A stretch of 6,652 nucleotides of DNA from assembly GCA_035390665.1 (NCBI GenBank), contig DAOOUC010000015.1, positions 7,443 through 14,094 on the forward strand. Direction: 5' to 3'. Positions 6,134 through 6,652 of this stretch are shown here, one piece after another. Position numbers and translations under genes: made by a program. The DNA is from an archaeon (GTDB taxonomy: Archaea; Iainarchaeota; Iainarchaeia; Iainarchaeales; CSSED10-239). Below the pieces are notes generated by a model that saw only the letters and a list, made by a program, of their open reading frames with translations, was not told where the DNA came from and did not search any database. Within the stretch, counting starts at the first letter, position 1; each line of letters starts with the position of its first letter.

Positions 6134-6652
6134 ATGGTAAAAGAACATAAAAACACAAGTGTTGATTTAGCAGATGTTAAATGCGAAATAGGTTTAGATA
6201 CTATTGTTTTTGAAAAGAACGGGAAAAAAGTTGAATTCAAATACAATCCAGTATATATTACACTAAATAAAACAGGTAATGCTATTGAACTTGTTCCAAA
6301 GAATACAAAGAAAAGAACAAAAGCAGTTGTAAATAGTACAGAGAAGCACATCATTAATGCAATTAAAGGATTAAATAAAGAGTATGTTTATAAGTTAGCA
6401 ATTGTTTACTCTCACTTCCCAATTACTGTTAAAGTTGAAGGTAACGAAGTTGTTATTTCAAACTTTTTAGGAGAGAAAAAACCAAGAAAGACAAAAGTTT
6501 TAGCTGGTTGTAAAGTTGAAATAAAAGGAAGAGACATAATTGTTAAAGGTCACGATAAATACAAGACAGGACAAACAGCAGGAAATATAGAAAAAGCAAC
6601 AAGAGTTGTTGGAAGAGATTTCAGAATATTTGATGATGGTTGTTATATTGTT
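6134..6652 (+). CDS. rpl6: 50S ribosomal protein uL6 (L6), 3'-truncated by the window edge; absent from the ORF track
   Basis: I read 173 open codons from ATG 6134 to the window end with no stop. The translation MVKEHKNTSVDLADVKCEI...YKLAIVYSHFPITVKVEGNEVVISNFLGEKKPRKTKVL...GQTAGNIEKATRVVGRDFRIFDDGCYIV carries archaeal uL6 motifs (YSHFPI, NFLGEK.PR, D.R.F.DG.Y). It has the canonical position after S8. Confidence 0.9.
   Translation, partial: MVKEHKNTSVDLADVKCEIGLDTIVFEKNGKKVEFKYNPVYITLNKTGNAIELVPKNTKKRTKAVVNSTEKHIINAIKGLNKEYVYKLAIVYSHFPITVKVEGNEVVISNFLGEKKPRKTKVLAGCKVEIKGRDIIVKGHDKYKTGQTAGNIEKATRVVGRDFRIFDDGCYIV

Noticed and set aside
117-6354. Thirteen minus-strand ORFs of 60-143 aa in the track (for example 1353..1679, 3462..3806, 5052..5483, 5968..6354).
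   Set aside because: Each lies entirely antisense to a confidently identified r-protein gene. Their translations are low-complexity Leu/Phe/Ser/Ile-rich strings, as expected from the complement of A/purine-rich coding DNA. None has an SD-like motif or a recognisable domain. They are shadow ORFs.
1-6652. Search for a novel system: defence island, toxin-antitoxin, CRISPR, mobile element, orphan gene cassette or alternative genetic code.
   Set aside because: Every substantial interval is accounted for by a conserved translation-apparatus gene in canonical order. There are no direct or long inverted repeats, no integrase- or transposase-like ORFs and no unexplained non-coding stretch over 60 nt. 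All three standard stop codons terminate conserved proteins at expected lengths.

Overview
The window is one plus-strand segment of a tightly packed archaeal ribosomal-protein super-operon (S10-like plus spc-like cluster). All 15 genes are in the canonical archaeal order: uL2, uS19, uL22, uS3, uL29, aIF1/SUI1, RNase P protein Rpp29, uS17, uL14, uL24, eS4, uL5, uS14, uS8, uL6. Two real genes are missing from the supplied ORF track. uS14 (5535..5708, 57 aa) is too short for it, and uL6 (6134..6652) runs off the 3' edge. eS4, aIF1 and Rpp29 embedded among r-protein genes mark the source as archaeal. The DNA is visibly AT-rich, Arg is almost always AGA, and the proteins are recognisable but divergent. 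That fits a small-genome, AT-rich archaeon, but I cannot assign the lineage from sequence alone. TAA, TAG and TGA all serve as stops, so there is no sign of recoding. Intergenic gaps run from -11 to 22 nt, except one 60-nt gap (716..775) that carries an inverted repeat. Most starts are preceded by a (G)GTGA Shine-Dalgarno core about 6 nt upstream. I see no tRNA or rRNA, CRISPR array, mobile element, long repeat, defence gene or accessory gene. All minus-strand ORFs look like antisense shadows of the A-rich coding strand. My honest assessment is that this is an ordinary, highly conserved core region, and I find no support for an undescribed biological system. The points worth a second look are modest: a minimal 65-aa Rpp29 hard-bounded by stops, the unusual L2-S19 spacer hairpin, and charged tails on uS3 and uS17.
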